Translations under genes and position numbers: made by a program
NCBI RefSeq assembly: GCF_033153115.1
Contig: NW_026889751.1
Span: forward strand, 29,016,001 to 29,080,000
Source of the DNA: Saccostrea echinata
Lineage: Eukaryota
Direction: 5' to 3'
DNA: 64,000 nucleotides
Shown here: in pieces, positions 1-12,511 of the stretch
Layout: each line of letters opens with the position of its first letter
Position numbering within the stretch: the stretch's first letter is position 1
The notes under the pieces: generated by a model
What the model was told of the DNA's origin: nothing
The model's input: the letters and a program-made list of their open reading frames with translations, nothing else
Database searches by the model: none

Positions 1-1204
1 TTACAAAATTATACCCCTGCTCCAAAGGAGAGGGGGGTAAACTGTTTTACCCTTGTGTTTTTAGCACACTCTTTGTTATCCCCTCGCGCAGCTAGTTGCG
101 GAGAGGATATAGCATCGCTACTGTGCATATATGTGTGTGTTTGTGTGTGTGTTAGTGTGTCCGTTACAGCTTGTTAACAAGATTTAAGGAGAACCTTTGT
201 ACTATCAAATCTCAGCTTCCACATACTTATGTGGGATTGTGAAAGGACAAATCCTATTCATTTTCAAGTTAATCAGTGAAATATTTCTTTAAATATTGCG
301 TACCTTCAAGCCCTGAAATTTTATATACGACTTGACAATACTCACTTCCTGTTAATCAAACTGGTAAATTCGGATCGCTTCGATAGACTCGCTTCAGTAA
401 GTTCTACTATGTATTTGCATATTTATATTGTCATATTATTGTGCGTATCTTGAGACAATCTGTCTGAATTAAAAGTGTCATCTCTGACACTGAGTAATTG
501 AAATAATTTGATGAACGTTGCAGTTTCATTATTAAATTTCCACATGTGTCTGTTTACAATATAGAATTTATCCTTATTTCTTCTGAAAGCTATAAAGACA
601 TTTCGCAAGTTTCATTGACCTCTCAACACTGACATATTGTTATTTTTCATTACGAAAAAATATTGCTTCCACAGGTATTCTCAGATTTTATCCATATTGC
701 ATAGGTAAATTACTGAAACTTAGAGCATACGTGATATGTTTCTGCTAGGAATAAGGGAAACTGCCCAATTACGTATGCATGTTATGCCCCCACCTCTCCC
801 CACCAATATGATATGCACTTTTAATTTTTGTTAAAAATGGATCCCCCATCCCCCCCCCCCCCCCAAGATAATATCAACTTTGACTTTTGTTAAAAAATTA
901 ATTAGTGTTGCAATACATTTTATGTACTTTACCTTATTGTAAACTTTATATAGTAATAGTGGGTGCCCTTGATAACTAGGTGATTGTATCTTTCTTAACA
1001 TCCCTCTTGAGAATTATTCTCTCGTATGGAGACATTACCATTACTGGTGAAGTTCCTCTGTGAGGGGATGCTCCACTTAGCGGTGCTCTTGTTTTCGCAT
1101 GCCATATGGTAAGATTCATTTTTATACGAATCAGATGTCTACTTCCTGTTTATCCATGCGTCTGTCCATACCAAATTTCTGTCGCAACTGAACTTGTGTA
1201 TATA

Positions 1205-1520
1205 CAGTAAAACTCAGTTATAGCAAAGTCCAAGGGACCTGTGAAATTACTTCGCTATATCCGTAATTCGTTATATCTGTATTACGAATTTGTTAAAGTA
1301 TATATATTGAATTTGCAATTCATTATAAAAATTCATTATAAAAAATGTAATTTTTATTATTTTTAATCTCTACGGGACACAAAATCAGTTTGCTATATCT
1401 GTAAATTCGTTATATCAGAGTTTGTTATAGCTGTAATATTTTCTTAGGATTTGTTAAGAATTTTGCTGGGGATTCCAAAAAACTTCACTATATCCGTAAA
1501 TTCTCTATATCTGTGTTTCT
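1205..1520 (+). mobile_element. Truncated Tc1/mariner-pogo-like MITE
   Basis: TA|CAGTAAAACTCAGTTATAGC start and internal repeated TTCG(C/T)TATATC motifs; no matching right TIR. Confidence 0.4.
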
Positions 1521-1926
1521 ACATGAGAACATATATTTACATCAGAGCAGGGGTATTACTAGTGAGCATTGGCTCACAGACTTCTTGTTTAGATTTGTTC
1601 TCTGAACCACTGGACTTAACAGATTTTACATAATGCAATAGTACATGGAAAAAATCTTTAAAAATTAAAAATCATCTTCTCTGTAGAAGAGCAAAGCCAT
1701 ATAACCGTATTAATCATATTGATATTGAATCATCCCAATGTTATGTAGATCAATTTAAGTTTGGTAACCATTACCCCTTGGGGGTTTGAGTACAGTATGG
1801 ATCTTTTTTTTTTTATTTCCTGGGAATACAGAGAAAAATGAGACTCGGGTGAGTGTTGTGGTTCAAGAGCCTCTTGTTTTAATTAGATTGATATTTTTTT
1901 TTTCATTTTTGAATTTGTATTTACAG

Positions 1927-4900
1927 CAATGGTACATGTTGGCATTGGTGTAACTCAAGTTAACAGTCTCCTTTCTGAGCTGAATATACCACCTGTTAGT
2001 CATGCCATGCTAGACAATAGACAGAAAGAGATTGGCAGAGCTGTCCAAGATGTTGCTGCAGAGTCTATGTCTAATGCTTTGCAGAAGGAACTGGGAATGA
2101 TGAATGAGTGTGTATACAATATAAATTCAGTTTAAAATCTCACTTTTTAGCTCAACTGAGCCAAAGGCTCAATTGAGCTTTTCTGATCAAAGGGTGTCCA
2201 GCAACCATGTGTAGTGGTCATCTGTTAACTTCTCACATTTTCGACTTCTCCACACAAACCAATTTCGACCGTACTTGCCACAAAGCATCTCTGGGTAAAG
2301 GGATTCAAGTTTGTGCAAATGAAAGGTCAGGATTCAAGTTTGTTCAAATGAAGAGTCATGTTTTCTTTAAAAGGGAGATAATTAATAATTAGAGAAAATT
2401 TAATGTTATGTTTTAAAAGTCTTCTTTAAGAACCACTTGGCCAGGAAAGAGGAAATTTATGTGAAAGCTAGCTTCATTACATAGTGTAAAAATCATGACC
2501 CCCCAGGACTAGGGTTTTTACAAAAGGTGATCAAATTTTATTCAAGAATATATAGGAAAAATGGTTTTTTTTTTTAAATTAGGTTGAGACTACAATAGCG
2601 GATTAGAGTTTTATAAAGGAGTACATAAGATAGAGTTGCAAGATCACACTAAATCCTATAAATTACTAACACATATCTAAGATGTGAAGAGTAGATTTTT
2701 AAAAAAAAATTATTAGCACTGGGGTTAGAGTTGAGCCAAAATCAGAGCAGTCAAATTTTACATAATGCATGTGTAAAGGAAAAAAAACCAGCAGGACCAT
2801 GTTGATCATATTTATATTGAAGCATCCCAATGTTGTGTTGATTAAACTTTGAATAAATCATATAACTCCTTTAGTCTACATTTTGGTCCACCGCATGGAG
2901 TCAAAATATTTATAAAAAATTTAATTTTGGTTGTAACGCATTATTTGATTGGATAAAAAATTTTAGTTTTTATGGTATAACCTGTGTTGCCTACGTCACA
3001 ATGACTTAATGTACGTCAAAAACGTATCAATCCGCTTGGTGTTACTTTTAAAATATGTGCAATTCGAAGGCATTTCTGAAGGAGAAATTGTCTTATTGAT
3101 TTAAAAAATTAAATTATAAGGAGTGAATTTAATAGCTACATATACTGGTATAACTTGGGTTGGAACAGTTTATGACTTTTTATATACTGCTTCGCAGTTA
3201 CTAGATATACTTATAAATGTTAGTTTTAGTCATCTACTGCATAATTAGTGCTGATAAATATGCAGATTGTTATGCATATTAGGGAGGTGTTCTAAAGGAG
3301 ACAGGTTCACAGGCTAATAACTGATGTCTGTTATTTAACTATCTTTCAGAGAGATGAATGAAAAGGGACTAGTTGTTGCTGTAGATGCTGGATGGCAAAA
3401 ACGGGGAAGTGGAAAGACATATGATAGTTTGTCAGGTAAAAATAGACAAATTTTAGGAAAATGAAACAAATATTAATGCATAGAGTGATTTATTTTGGCC
3501 TGCGTCCCCCATGAATTATGCATTAATTTTGCTCAGGACATGATTCCAATAAATATGTATGCAAACAGATGCAGTAAAGAATGGGTGGAGTTAACGCCCT
3601 TTGGATCTTTTTGCAATTCCTCTACCAAGCTGTAAATGAAGTGAATCCAAAATATATTGCAAGCAATAGAAAGAGTTACGTATACATGGTTATATTAGGT
3701 AGAACATTTGTACAAAAGCAAGGCCTTTTGCCATGAATCAAAATTGAAGCAACGATACATTAGTGTCGTCTTCCGGAATTTGGCATGTACCCGGAGTGGT
3801 TTTTAGGTCACGTAATCAAATTTATAGGAGGTGGGGCTATCGATCGGCATCATTGTTGACATCTCTCTCTCCCTCTCTAGAAATTCGAATATGTGTATGG
3901 CATATTGCAGCGATGTCAATATGACCCTGATTATCTATTGATTATCTATTGATATTCAAGAAATCTTCAGGCACCATGCCTTCGATATTTATTTAGTTTA
4001 CCTCAAAAAGAGTGTTTTAAATCCACACCTGTACCATGAATACATGGTTAAGATATCGGGGATTTATATGATAGAAAGAAAGAAACATTTTATGAAAAAG
4101 ATACATGTATCCCAAAGTTCAACTGTACATTGAAATTTTAAAATATTCTTCCAAAGAACAGCCATTAGTAGTCATGTATAGATACAAGCATGCTCAGGTA
4201 AAGCATATTCAATTTTGTTTGAACTATGGCCCCAAGGGGGTAAGATGGAGCCACAAAAAGGGATATAATTTTTACATGGGAATTTATAGGAAAAAACTCA
4301 TTAAGGAAGAGCCTTAATGAGTCAAATCAATATGCAAGCACTCTCATTAGCAATATTAGGTGAATTTTATTCAGAGGAATAAAGAAAGGAAAAACTTTTG
4401 TATAGATTATCTTCTAAAGTGTGATAACCCATTGGCATTGTTTTGAAATTGGGTGTTAAATTTTTCTTTTACTTCAAAATATGTACTTTTTTAGGTCATT
4501 GTTCCATGGTTGGCCCTCTCTCTGGCAAAGTATTGTCATATTCTGTGAGGTCAAAGAATTGCAGAGTATGCAGTGTAGCTGAAACAACCAACAAGAATCC
4601 AGCAGCCCATGAGTGCTCAAAGAACTGGGAGGGAAGTTCAAAGGCCATGGAGGCAGATATGGTTATTGAGATGGTAGAAGATTTACAGAAAAGTGAAGGA
4701 ATAACCATTGACGGAATCATAGGAGATGAGGATACCACCACAATAGCAAGATTAAAAACTAATGTCAATGCTAATATCAAGAAGTTGTCTGATAAAAATC
4801 ATCTGAAGAAACTGTTTACAAACTCTTTGTTTACCTTGAAGAAAGAACATTCATCTCTAACTTTGTCTGTTATAAAGTATATTCAAAAGTGCTTCAGTTA

Positions 4901-7900
4901 CTCCATAGCACAGGGAAAAGGAAATGCTCTTCAAATCCAAGAAGACCTCTCATCAATACCATACCACATCTTTGGAGATCACGAACACTGCTCCGCACGG
5001 TGGTGCAAGTTCATCGACAACCCTAACCTGCGCTACAAGTCTCTTCCACAAGGAAAACCGCTCAAAGATAGGTTCCTTCAGGATGATCTCAAAGAAGTTT
5101 TCAGTTCATATGCAAGTCATTCTGATCGTCTTTCATGTTTAGGAAGCACGCAATCAAATGAGAGTTTTAACAGAATGGTGTCTGCAAAAGCCCCAAAGAC
5201 CCATCATTACAGCTCCTCTTCAAGCCTCAGATATAGAGTTGCTGCGTGTGTAGCTCAGAAAAATGAAGGTCACAGATATCTTATAAAGGTATGTTAATTT
5301 TTAGCTCAAGTGAGCTTTTCTGATCACCCGTTGTCCGTCATCCGTCTCTCCATCCATCTGTAAACTTTTCACGTTTTCAACTTCTTCTCAAGAACCACTG
5401 GGCCAATTTTAACCAAACTTGGTACAAAGCATCCTTGGGTGAAGAAGAGCTTAAATTGTTAAAATGAAGGGCCAAGTTCTCTTCAAAGGGGAGATAATCA
5501 AGAAAATACAAAAATTGGGTGGGGTCATTAAAAAATCTTCTTCTCAAGAACCACTGGGCCAGAAAAGCTGAAACTTATGTGGAAGCATCCTGGGGTAGTG
5601 TAAATTCTAAGTTGTTCAAATCATGACCCCCGGGGTAGGGCAGGTCCACAATAGGGAATCCAAGTTTTACATTGAAATATATAGTAAAAATCTTTAAAAA
5701 TCTTCTTCTCAAGAACCACTATGCCAGAAAGGCTGAAACTTATTTGGAAGCATTCTGGGGTAGTGTTGTTTCTAGATTGTTCAAATCATGACCCCCGGGG
5801 GTAGGGCTGGGCCACAATAGGGAATCCAAGTTTTACATTGAAATATATAGTAAAAATCTTTAAATATCTTCTTCTCAAGAACCACTGGGCCAGAAAGGCT
5901 GAAACTTATTTGGAAGCATTCTGGGGTAGTGTAGATTCTAAATTGTTGAAATCATGACACCTGGGGGGTAGGGTGGGGCCACAATAGGGAATCCAAGATT
6001 TACATTGAAATATGTAGTAAAAATCTTTAAAAATCTTCTCAAGAACCACTGGGCCAGAAAAGCTGAAACTTATGTGGAAGCATTCTGGGGTAGTGTAGAT
6101 TCTAAATTGTTCAAATCATGACCCCTTGGGGTAGGGTGGGGCCACAATAAGTACTACAAAGGGGGGGGGAATCAAGTGAAAAACAGCAAGGCCAATGGTA
6201 AAAAAAGGAGCGAGTTTAGTCCCAAGTTAGAGCTTGGGGCGGGGCCAAAGTAGCCGTAGTAAAGGTGACCATCAAGGCCCATGATCCATTTGTTTTATAA
6301 TGTATGTTGTTTGCATTACATATATTCCTAACAATATTTCTACTGTGTGTACTTTTGTTATGTGAGAATATTAATCTCTTAGATTTTAAAATTCTGCAAA
6401 TTTTAATCAAAAGCAGATTAATGAATGTATTGCATATTTAGTTGTACATAATGGATTCTTATATCCTTATTAAAGGTGAACAAGAAATTAGGCCTCTCTC
6501 CTGGCTACTATACTCGAAGACAGTGCATTCTGAGGGATCTCCAAAGAAAACGACAGAAGGCCATTTCAATGACACAGAAATTTAAAAGGAGAAGGAGAGA
6601 ATTGAAAGCCAAGAGGTACTAGTATACTTTTATTGTCATTTGTCAGAGTGCAACAAAACTCTTGTCTAACTGAAAAGTGAAAACCAACCAAGGACAAGTG
6701 GATGTCCCTGCTGATAAGTATATATTTAAAGTGAGAATTGAAAAAAACTCTTGAATCTTACTAAGATCTATTGTTTTCTGAATCACCAAAGATTTATGCT
6801 TGTTATAAATAGTGAGTCTCTTCTGGTTGCAAATTGTCATAAAAAGTTTGATATAAGTATAAAATTAATGAAGAGGACATTTTCTGGAATGAATCAACCA
6901 GTGGTTTGATAAATATTTTTTTCCAATTCATTTGGAGGTATATTTTTCGCTATATTGTTGAATATCTATTTTATATTGGAAAAGTGAGTCATATGGGACA
7001 AGCAAAATCTTCATTGAGATGAATGGTTATGCTTCATATTTATTTGCTTTGCCAAGTGGTCACTGAAATTTCTTTCACCCTGTAATGTACAAAATTGTGG
7101 TTTAGAATAGCTTGAAACGTTCTATCAGAACTGTGCAACCAGTCTTTACTAAGTAAATTTTTTTTATTGGCTGTACATCAGGTGAGTGTTTATTTTGCTA
7201 GGCCTCTTGTAAGACCTCAATTTGGAATTATTTGTTTTACAATATACAACTTCTTTACAGAATTCAAAGTCTTTCTACAAAAGAGACAAGGGAAGGCGTC
7301 AGTTATTTGACAGGATGTGATCTCCACCATGCCTCGGACATTGATGAAATTCCAGCTCCAAAAACAATTCCAAAGTATGATCATCTTCCTTCAAGTCAGT
7401 TGTTAAATGCTGAAGAGATCTATTTCGACTTGGAAACTACTGGACTCGGTAAGAACCTAAATGAGTTTTGAATGTCTAGTCAATGCTGATGGTTATGGCA
7501 CTCTTCCAGTATTTCTTCTATATGCATGTCAAAGGAATAAACCCAGCATTTTGTAAACAGCAAGAAAATTTCTAATCTGTTTGTCACAAAAACCACCAAG
7601 AAGTGTTTATCACAAGATATGGGAATCACGATCAAGTAAACAATTCTATAAAAGAAGGATCTATCATGTTTTGCGGTTGAATATGATTGAATATGATATT
7701 CTATCTCCAAGCCTTAGCAGCAAAACTCCATGACAACACTTTCAGTCATAAACAATTGTGATATCACACCCATGTAATCTCAAAATTTATTTCCTGATTG
7801 ATATCCACCAGATGTATGGGAAGCATATGCAAAAGGAATGTATGAAAACATGATTAATTTCGAAGATTTGAGACACTCATATGACCTTTTGTAATTGGTC

Positions 7901-9261
7901 CCTGTCCACTGTCTGCCATGTGTAAACTAATAAACATTTTTAACTTCCTGAAAACTATATGGCTCCCCCCCCCCCCCCCCAATGTTTGGTATAAAGCATC
8001 TTCAGAGTAAAGAGGAATTTAAATGTTATGGCTCTTGCACCTCAGAGGCCTGTGGGTGGGACAAAAACCAATGAAACTAAATGCACATAATTTATACAGA
8101 GGTAATATATGTTTTTCAAAAATTATATATTTTCTGTTGCTAATATTGAATAAAAGCAAATGCATATTTTGAAATGGCATAAAAGAAGTTTTTAAACCTC
8201 TATGATTCTGGTATTGGTAGTTGAGCATGTTTTATATCATTCTTTCAAAACTTTACTTTTCCTAATCTGACAACACTGAATTAAAAGAAAATGCATACTC
8301 TGAAAGAGTTCAAGCATTTTCGACAGGAGTTAAGGCTTGGGGAAGAGGGGCACTAGTATTTCATTGTTTCAAAATTTTTGAAATAGTGCATATATCAATG
8401 GATTTGTTTGGATATTTTATGTTTTGAATTTCAAAAACTTGAATATACTTGTTTTTATTTTCAGCAAGGGATTCTCATATTGTGCAGTTATCTGCAGTTA
8501 GAAATGATGAGGTATTCAACAAGTACATCATTCCAAAAAAACCAATGACATCAAAAGCTACAGAAATAACTGGAATACAAGTAGTCAACAATAAAATGTA
8601 CCACAATCATGAGGAAGTTGAGACAGTCAGCATTAAAGATGCTCTGATCCAGTTTATGGACTTCATGAAGATGTCGGGTCCAGATGTTGTTCTAGTTGGG
8701 CATAACTCTAAAGTGTTTGACCTTCCTGTGCTCTTCAACATTTTGAGTAAACTAAACATTTTGGAGACATTTTCATCTGCAGTCACTGGCTTCATTGATA
8801 CAATTCCTCTTTTCAAAATGACACATCCAAACCTTTCGTCATACTCGCAGTTACACCTCTTTGCAGAAATTCTACAAGACAAATACAGTGCGCATGACTC
8901 ATTACAGGATGTCATAGCCTTGAAGAGATTGGTCGATCATACAGGACCCTCCCATGAAGTCAAAGTTGCTGCATCCTTCACCTTGAACTCTGCCGTTGCC
9001 GTGTTTCATCACAAGAACACAACAAAGCATCTAATGAGTACACTAAGGCCTTTATTGGACCAAAAGGTAATTTCGAATGGAATGGGAAATAAGATTGCCG
9101 GCAGTGGACTCTCCTTATCCCACTTACAACTTGCATATCAGAGAAATGGTAGGGAGGGAGTGCAGGATGTGCTGTCAGAGATAGCTGATAATAGTGTGCG
9201 TGTGACAAAATCTAAAAAAATCATTGATTCTGTTGCAGATTATTTCAGGTCTGAGCAGTAA
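1927..9261 (+). CDS. Spliced DDE transposase (Kolobok / 'Mutator-like' type) fused to a C-terminal DEDDh 3'-5' exonuclease with PML/Plex9-like tail; 5'-partial, about 727 aa visible
   Basis: Exons 1927-2107, 3350-3435, 4495-5288, 6476-6615, 7261-7448, 8465-9261; all introns GT-AG, phases compatible, no stops. Transposase motifs: AMVHVGIG..LNIP, VAVDAGWQKRGSGKTYDSLSGH, KNCRVC..HECSKNWEGSSKAME, IIGDEDTTT, SDKNH, HIFGDHEHC..WC, TQSNESFN. Basic linker RKRQK..KRRRRELKAKR. Exonuclease motifs: YFDLETTG (ExoI), VGHNSKVFD (ExoII), AHDSLQD (ExoIII). Confidence 0.88.
2144..2900 (+). mobile_element. Degenerate non-autonomous Helentron (HINE-like) element in a transposase intron
   Basis: 5' TTTTTAGCTCAACTGAGCCAAAGGCTCAATTGAGCTTTTCTGATC hairpin shared with copies at 5298 and 14194; decayed 166-bp units. 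A 3'-end fragment of the same family lies at about 1625-1879. Confidence 0.65.
5298..6293 (+). mobile_element. Non-autonomous Helentron (HINE-like) element with about 3.7 tandem 164-166-bp satellite-like units
   Basis: TTTTTAGCTCAAGTGAGCTTTTCTGATCAC start, GTCC/CATC microsatellite, AAGAACCACT anchors at 5546, 5711, 5877, 6041; resembles the oyster 166-bp satellite carried by HINEs. Confidence 0.8.
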
Positions 9262-9376
9262 TGCAGTTATTTGTTTGTGAATGTATGATGTTCTTTGTAT
9301 GTTATTGTTTGTTTGTTTGTTTTACGTCCCTTTGAGAATTTTTCACTCAAATTGGAACCCCACGAGTTGTTGATGT

Positions 9377-9817
9377 ACTAGTAATGCCCCCGCTCTGAGC
9401 ACTGATGTGAATATACCCTCTGATGTGAATATACACAAGTTCAGCTATGGACAGACACAGGAATAAACAGGAAGTTGACACTGGATTCGTACAAAAATGA
9501 ATCCCACCAAATGGCATGCCTAAACAAAGAGTGTGCTAAGATTTCAAACATCTCCGATGAGTAGTTGCTGAGAAAACTGTGACGAAAATTTGTTATGCAT
9601 GGTATTGACAGACGCACAGATAAACAGGAAGTTGAAATTGGATTCGTACAAAATAAATCTTACTATATGGCATGCCTAAACAAAGTGAGTGTTAAAACTT
9701 CAAGTATCTGCTATAAGTGGTTGCTGAGAAAACTGCGACAAAAATTTGTTATGGACAGACAGACACACAAGGATAAAACAGTATATACTCCCTCTCCTTC
9801 GGAGTGGGGGTATAATT
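9377..9817 (-). mobile_element. HINE-like element of a second family
   Basis: Terminal hairpin CTCCCTCTCCTTCGGAGTGGGGGTATAA, GACA microsatellite, two internal units containing TAAACAGGAAGTTGA..GGATTCGTACAAAA; opposite-strand fragments at about 1-70 and 1075-1190. Confidence 0.6.
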
Positions 9818-10304
9818 ATGCAATGCACTGTTGTATATGAAACATGTTTCAATGTCTAGTGTTATTGGTAGTTTGTAGTTGAACAAAACATTTTCTTTCC
9901 ATTCAAAATAAATCCAATTTAGAAACTGAATTGACAATGATTTATTGACCATACATGAGAATCTAAATTCTGTTCATTGATATTTATTGAAGAAAGCTAT
10001 GTGCATAAATTGAAATATGCACAAATGAATATGAAAGGACATACTGCAAATGTATATTGTGCATGCACTATACTTGGTGGTGATTAATTTTTCAACAAGT
10101 CAAGCTAGGTTTGATTTTGGCACATTTCTGATTGTGTACCAATAAATATACACGTCATAAAGTTTGTGATGTTCTTGATATAGCGGAAGCAGCTTTCTGT
10201 CAAAGACGATAAAAAACCTTTATGTTTACAGTATACAGCAGTGCCATTAAATTTTTGTATGTTACATGTACCGGTAACAATTTGAAATACCGATAACTAT
10301 CACA

Positions 10305-10341
10305 ATGTCTGTAAACTTTTCACATTTTTGATTTCTTCTCA

Positions 10342-10372
<31 letters not shown>

Positions 10373-10700
10373 CCACAAAGCATCCTTGGGGTAAGGGGAT
10401 TTAAGTTTGTTCACAGGAGTGCCACGCCCTCTTTCAAGGGAAGATAATTAAGAATTTGGTAGCATCTTTAAAAAAATTTCTCAAGAACCACTGGGCAAGA
10501 GAAGATGAAACTTGTGTGAAAGCATCATTACATACTGTAGATTTAAGTTTTGTTAATCTGGGAAGTTTATATACTGAGACCAGCTTTGTAATATGAAAGA
10601 TTAAAACCCAAAGAAGTAGAGTTTTCAGAATTTTTCCAAGAATGAAATTTAATAATCTGTATCCAGTCTTCTTGCAAATAAATATTCTGTCTTGAGAGGG
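10305..10700 (+). mobile_element. HINE-like fragment (same family as 5298)
   Basis: GTAAACTTTTCACATTTT..CTTCTCAAGAACCACTGGACCAATTTCAACCAAACTT shared with about 5360-5430 and 14280-14350. Confidence 0.65.
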
Positions 10701-11617
10701 CACGAAAATAATCTGACTCGATACCCCCCCCCCTCCCCCCCTCTTTCCCCCTCAATATCAAATATAGTCGTTCACTAATATATTTTAATGTCCTTTTTTT
10801 AAGAGAAAGAATGAGTTTTAATACAATCATACATTCATGCAAATGGAAAATTCATCAAAAATAACAGGCTAAATAATGTAGGAAGCAAATATAATCAATC
10901 CGAATTTCCTCTGTTCAAAATTTGAGGAAAATTCGGTCAGAGGAAATTCAAATGAAAATATCTTTTAAAGTAACTCATGTAGATATACAATATTTTACAT
11001 TGTTTGAAAGCACTACAACTAAGAAATAATTAACTAGAAAAAAATTAACTTTTTAATTATTTCTAATTCATTTTCCAAGCTTATTTTACAAGCCCCCAAA
11101 ATGAAAAATAAGCGAATTTTTGCACAGGGGTGTGTGCATTTTTTTAAAGAATTAATTTTATCTTCGGTTGATTACCATCATTATTTCATCAATATTTATT
11201 TTCCTTATGACTACTTTTAAAAGATAACAAAAAGTCAAAATGATTTGAAAATATTTTTTAGGTTAAAGGGAATATTAAATACGTTGGACGCATTTTTGGT
11301 CTTTTTCTTTACTAAAATGAGAGATTTACCTCCCTTTGGCATAAACGCCTATAGCTTGTAAACCAAATCATATACATATGCATTTTTTTGGCTTAAAATA
11401 ATTAATTATGTTTATTCTTACAATTAAAAAAGAAAAATTAAATTTTTAATTATTTTTGTTGTCAGAAGCCAAACACCTTAAGTCATGGAAGGACAAATTA
11501 TACAAACACAAACATGACTTGACAAATATAGAAAAAATGTGCCTCTGTATAACCGAGTTTTCTGATAAGTTACAAATTCGGTACAGACTAGAATATATTG
11601 CAAGTATTTTAATTTAA

Positions 11618-11893
11618 GACAGATGATACAAACAAACTTTAGCAAAAAACTTGAAAATAAGAACTTAAGCCATGTATATATAAGTAAATTTCCAGTTTCA
11701 CAATACTAGGATTTTAAAGTGACAAAATGTTGTATAGATTAATAAGGATGGTTGCAGAAAGATAGAAATTTGAACATCATAGGAAGTTTACAATTACTTA
11801 ATATTTTAGAAATTTATTATTTGCATCATTTACAACCAAAATATGTCCAAAAATTATACCAATCCAGGTATCCATTTTTTGTGTCATCTGTCC
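11618..11893. mobile_element. MITE with TTAA TSD (Kolobok-like non-autonomous)
   Basis: TTAA|GACAGATGATACAAA ... TTTGTGTCATCTGTCC|TTAA; imperfect TIR of about 15 bp. Confidence 0.65.
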
Positions 11894-12511
11894 TTAAGAA
11901 CCCTCTATACACTGCACACTAATGAGTTCTGATTCCTTGGTATTTTTATGTAGTTAGAGTAATCTACCCTTACATCTAAAACAAGATAAATTGAAATCTA
12001 CAGTTTATCGATAATTTTTTAATCAATTCAAGCATTCTTAACATTTTGATGGGTTAAGATAAATTAATTGAACACTTCATCTGCATGCCTTTTCTCCACT
12101 TCAGTAAACAACAGTGATTTCTGTTCATCAAAACTTTGAACATTTTTGCTGGGGTAAAAACCAGGCACCCTATGTTGAAAACGATAGAAATAAGCTCAAT
12201 ATTTACATCTTTATACAACATATTTTTCTCAATGTCCAAAAATCATTTTCGTTTAGTGTAGAGAGTGTCCTTAAGGTCCAGTACAGCATGTATAGTTTAC
12301 CAGATGTTATTGAGAATTTTTTTTCATGCGTTTTTCTAAAATATTGGATCACCATATAACATAATTTAATGTTACCATTTTATTTAATGATAATATCCCC
12401 TACTTTCTTTTGATGCATGCAATTTTCTGGATAACCTCCCATTCATTTTATAAACCTCCTGTTGTCTACGGTTCAAAATTACTGCTTTTGAAAATAGAAA
12501 GCCTATATGAT

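Larger units (their letters stand above)
1..11477 (+). mobile_element. Putative large Kolobok-like DNA transposon carrying the transposase-exonuclease gene; left end outside the window
   Basis: Ends ...GTCAGAAGCCAAACACC|TTAA (11478-11481), i.e. a GG terminus next to TTAA as in Kolobok. Sequence right of the TTAA resumes similarity to host DNA at 39325-39470. The left TIR is not seen, so the extent is inferred. Confidence 0.55.

Noticed and set aside
4443-5297. Stand-alone 284-aa and 270-aa (8449-9261) proteins as given by the ORF track
   Set aside because: Their non-ATG starts lie in intronic pyrimidine tracts; they are exons of one spliced gene.
5531-6150. Regularly spaced repeats as a CRISPR-like array
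   Set aside because: Whole 165-bp units repeat with no unique spacers; eukaryotic satellite inside a HINE.
10800-11477. KolobokP-type long terminal direct repeat with its own TIRs
   Set aside because: No GGTGTTTGG-like inner TIR about 450 or 660 bp upstream of 11477, and no His-Me finger ORF seen.
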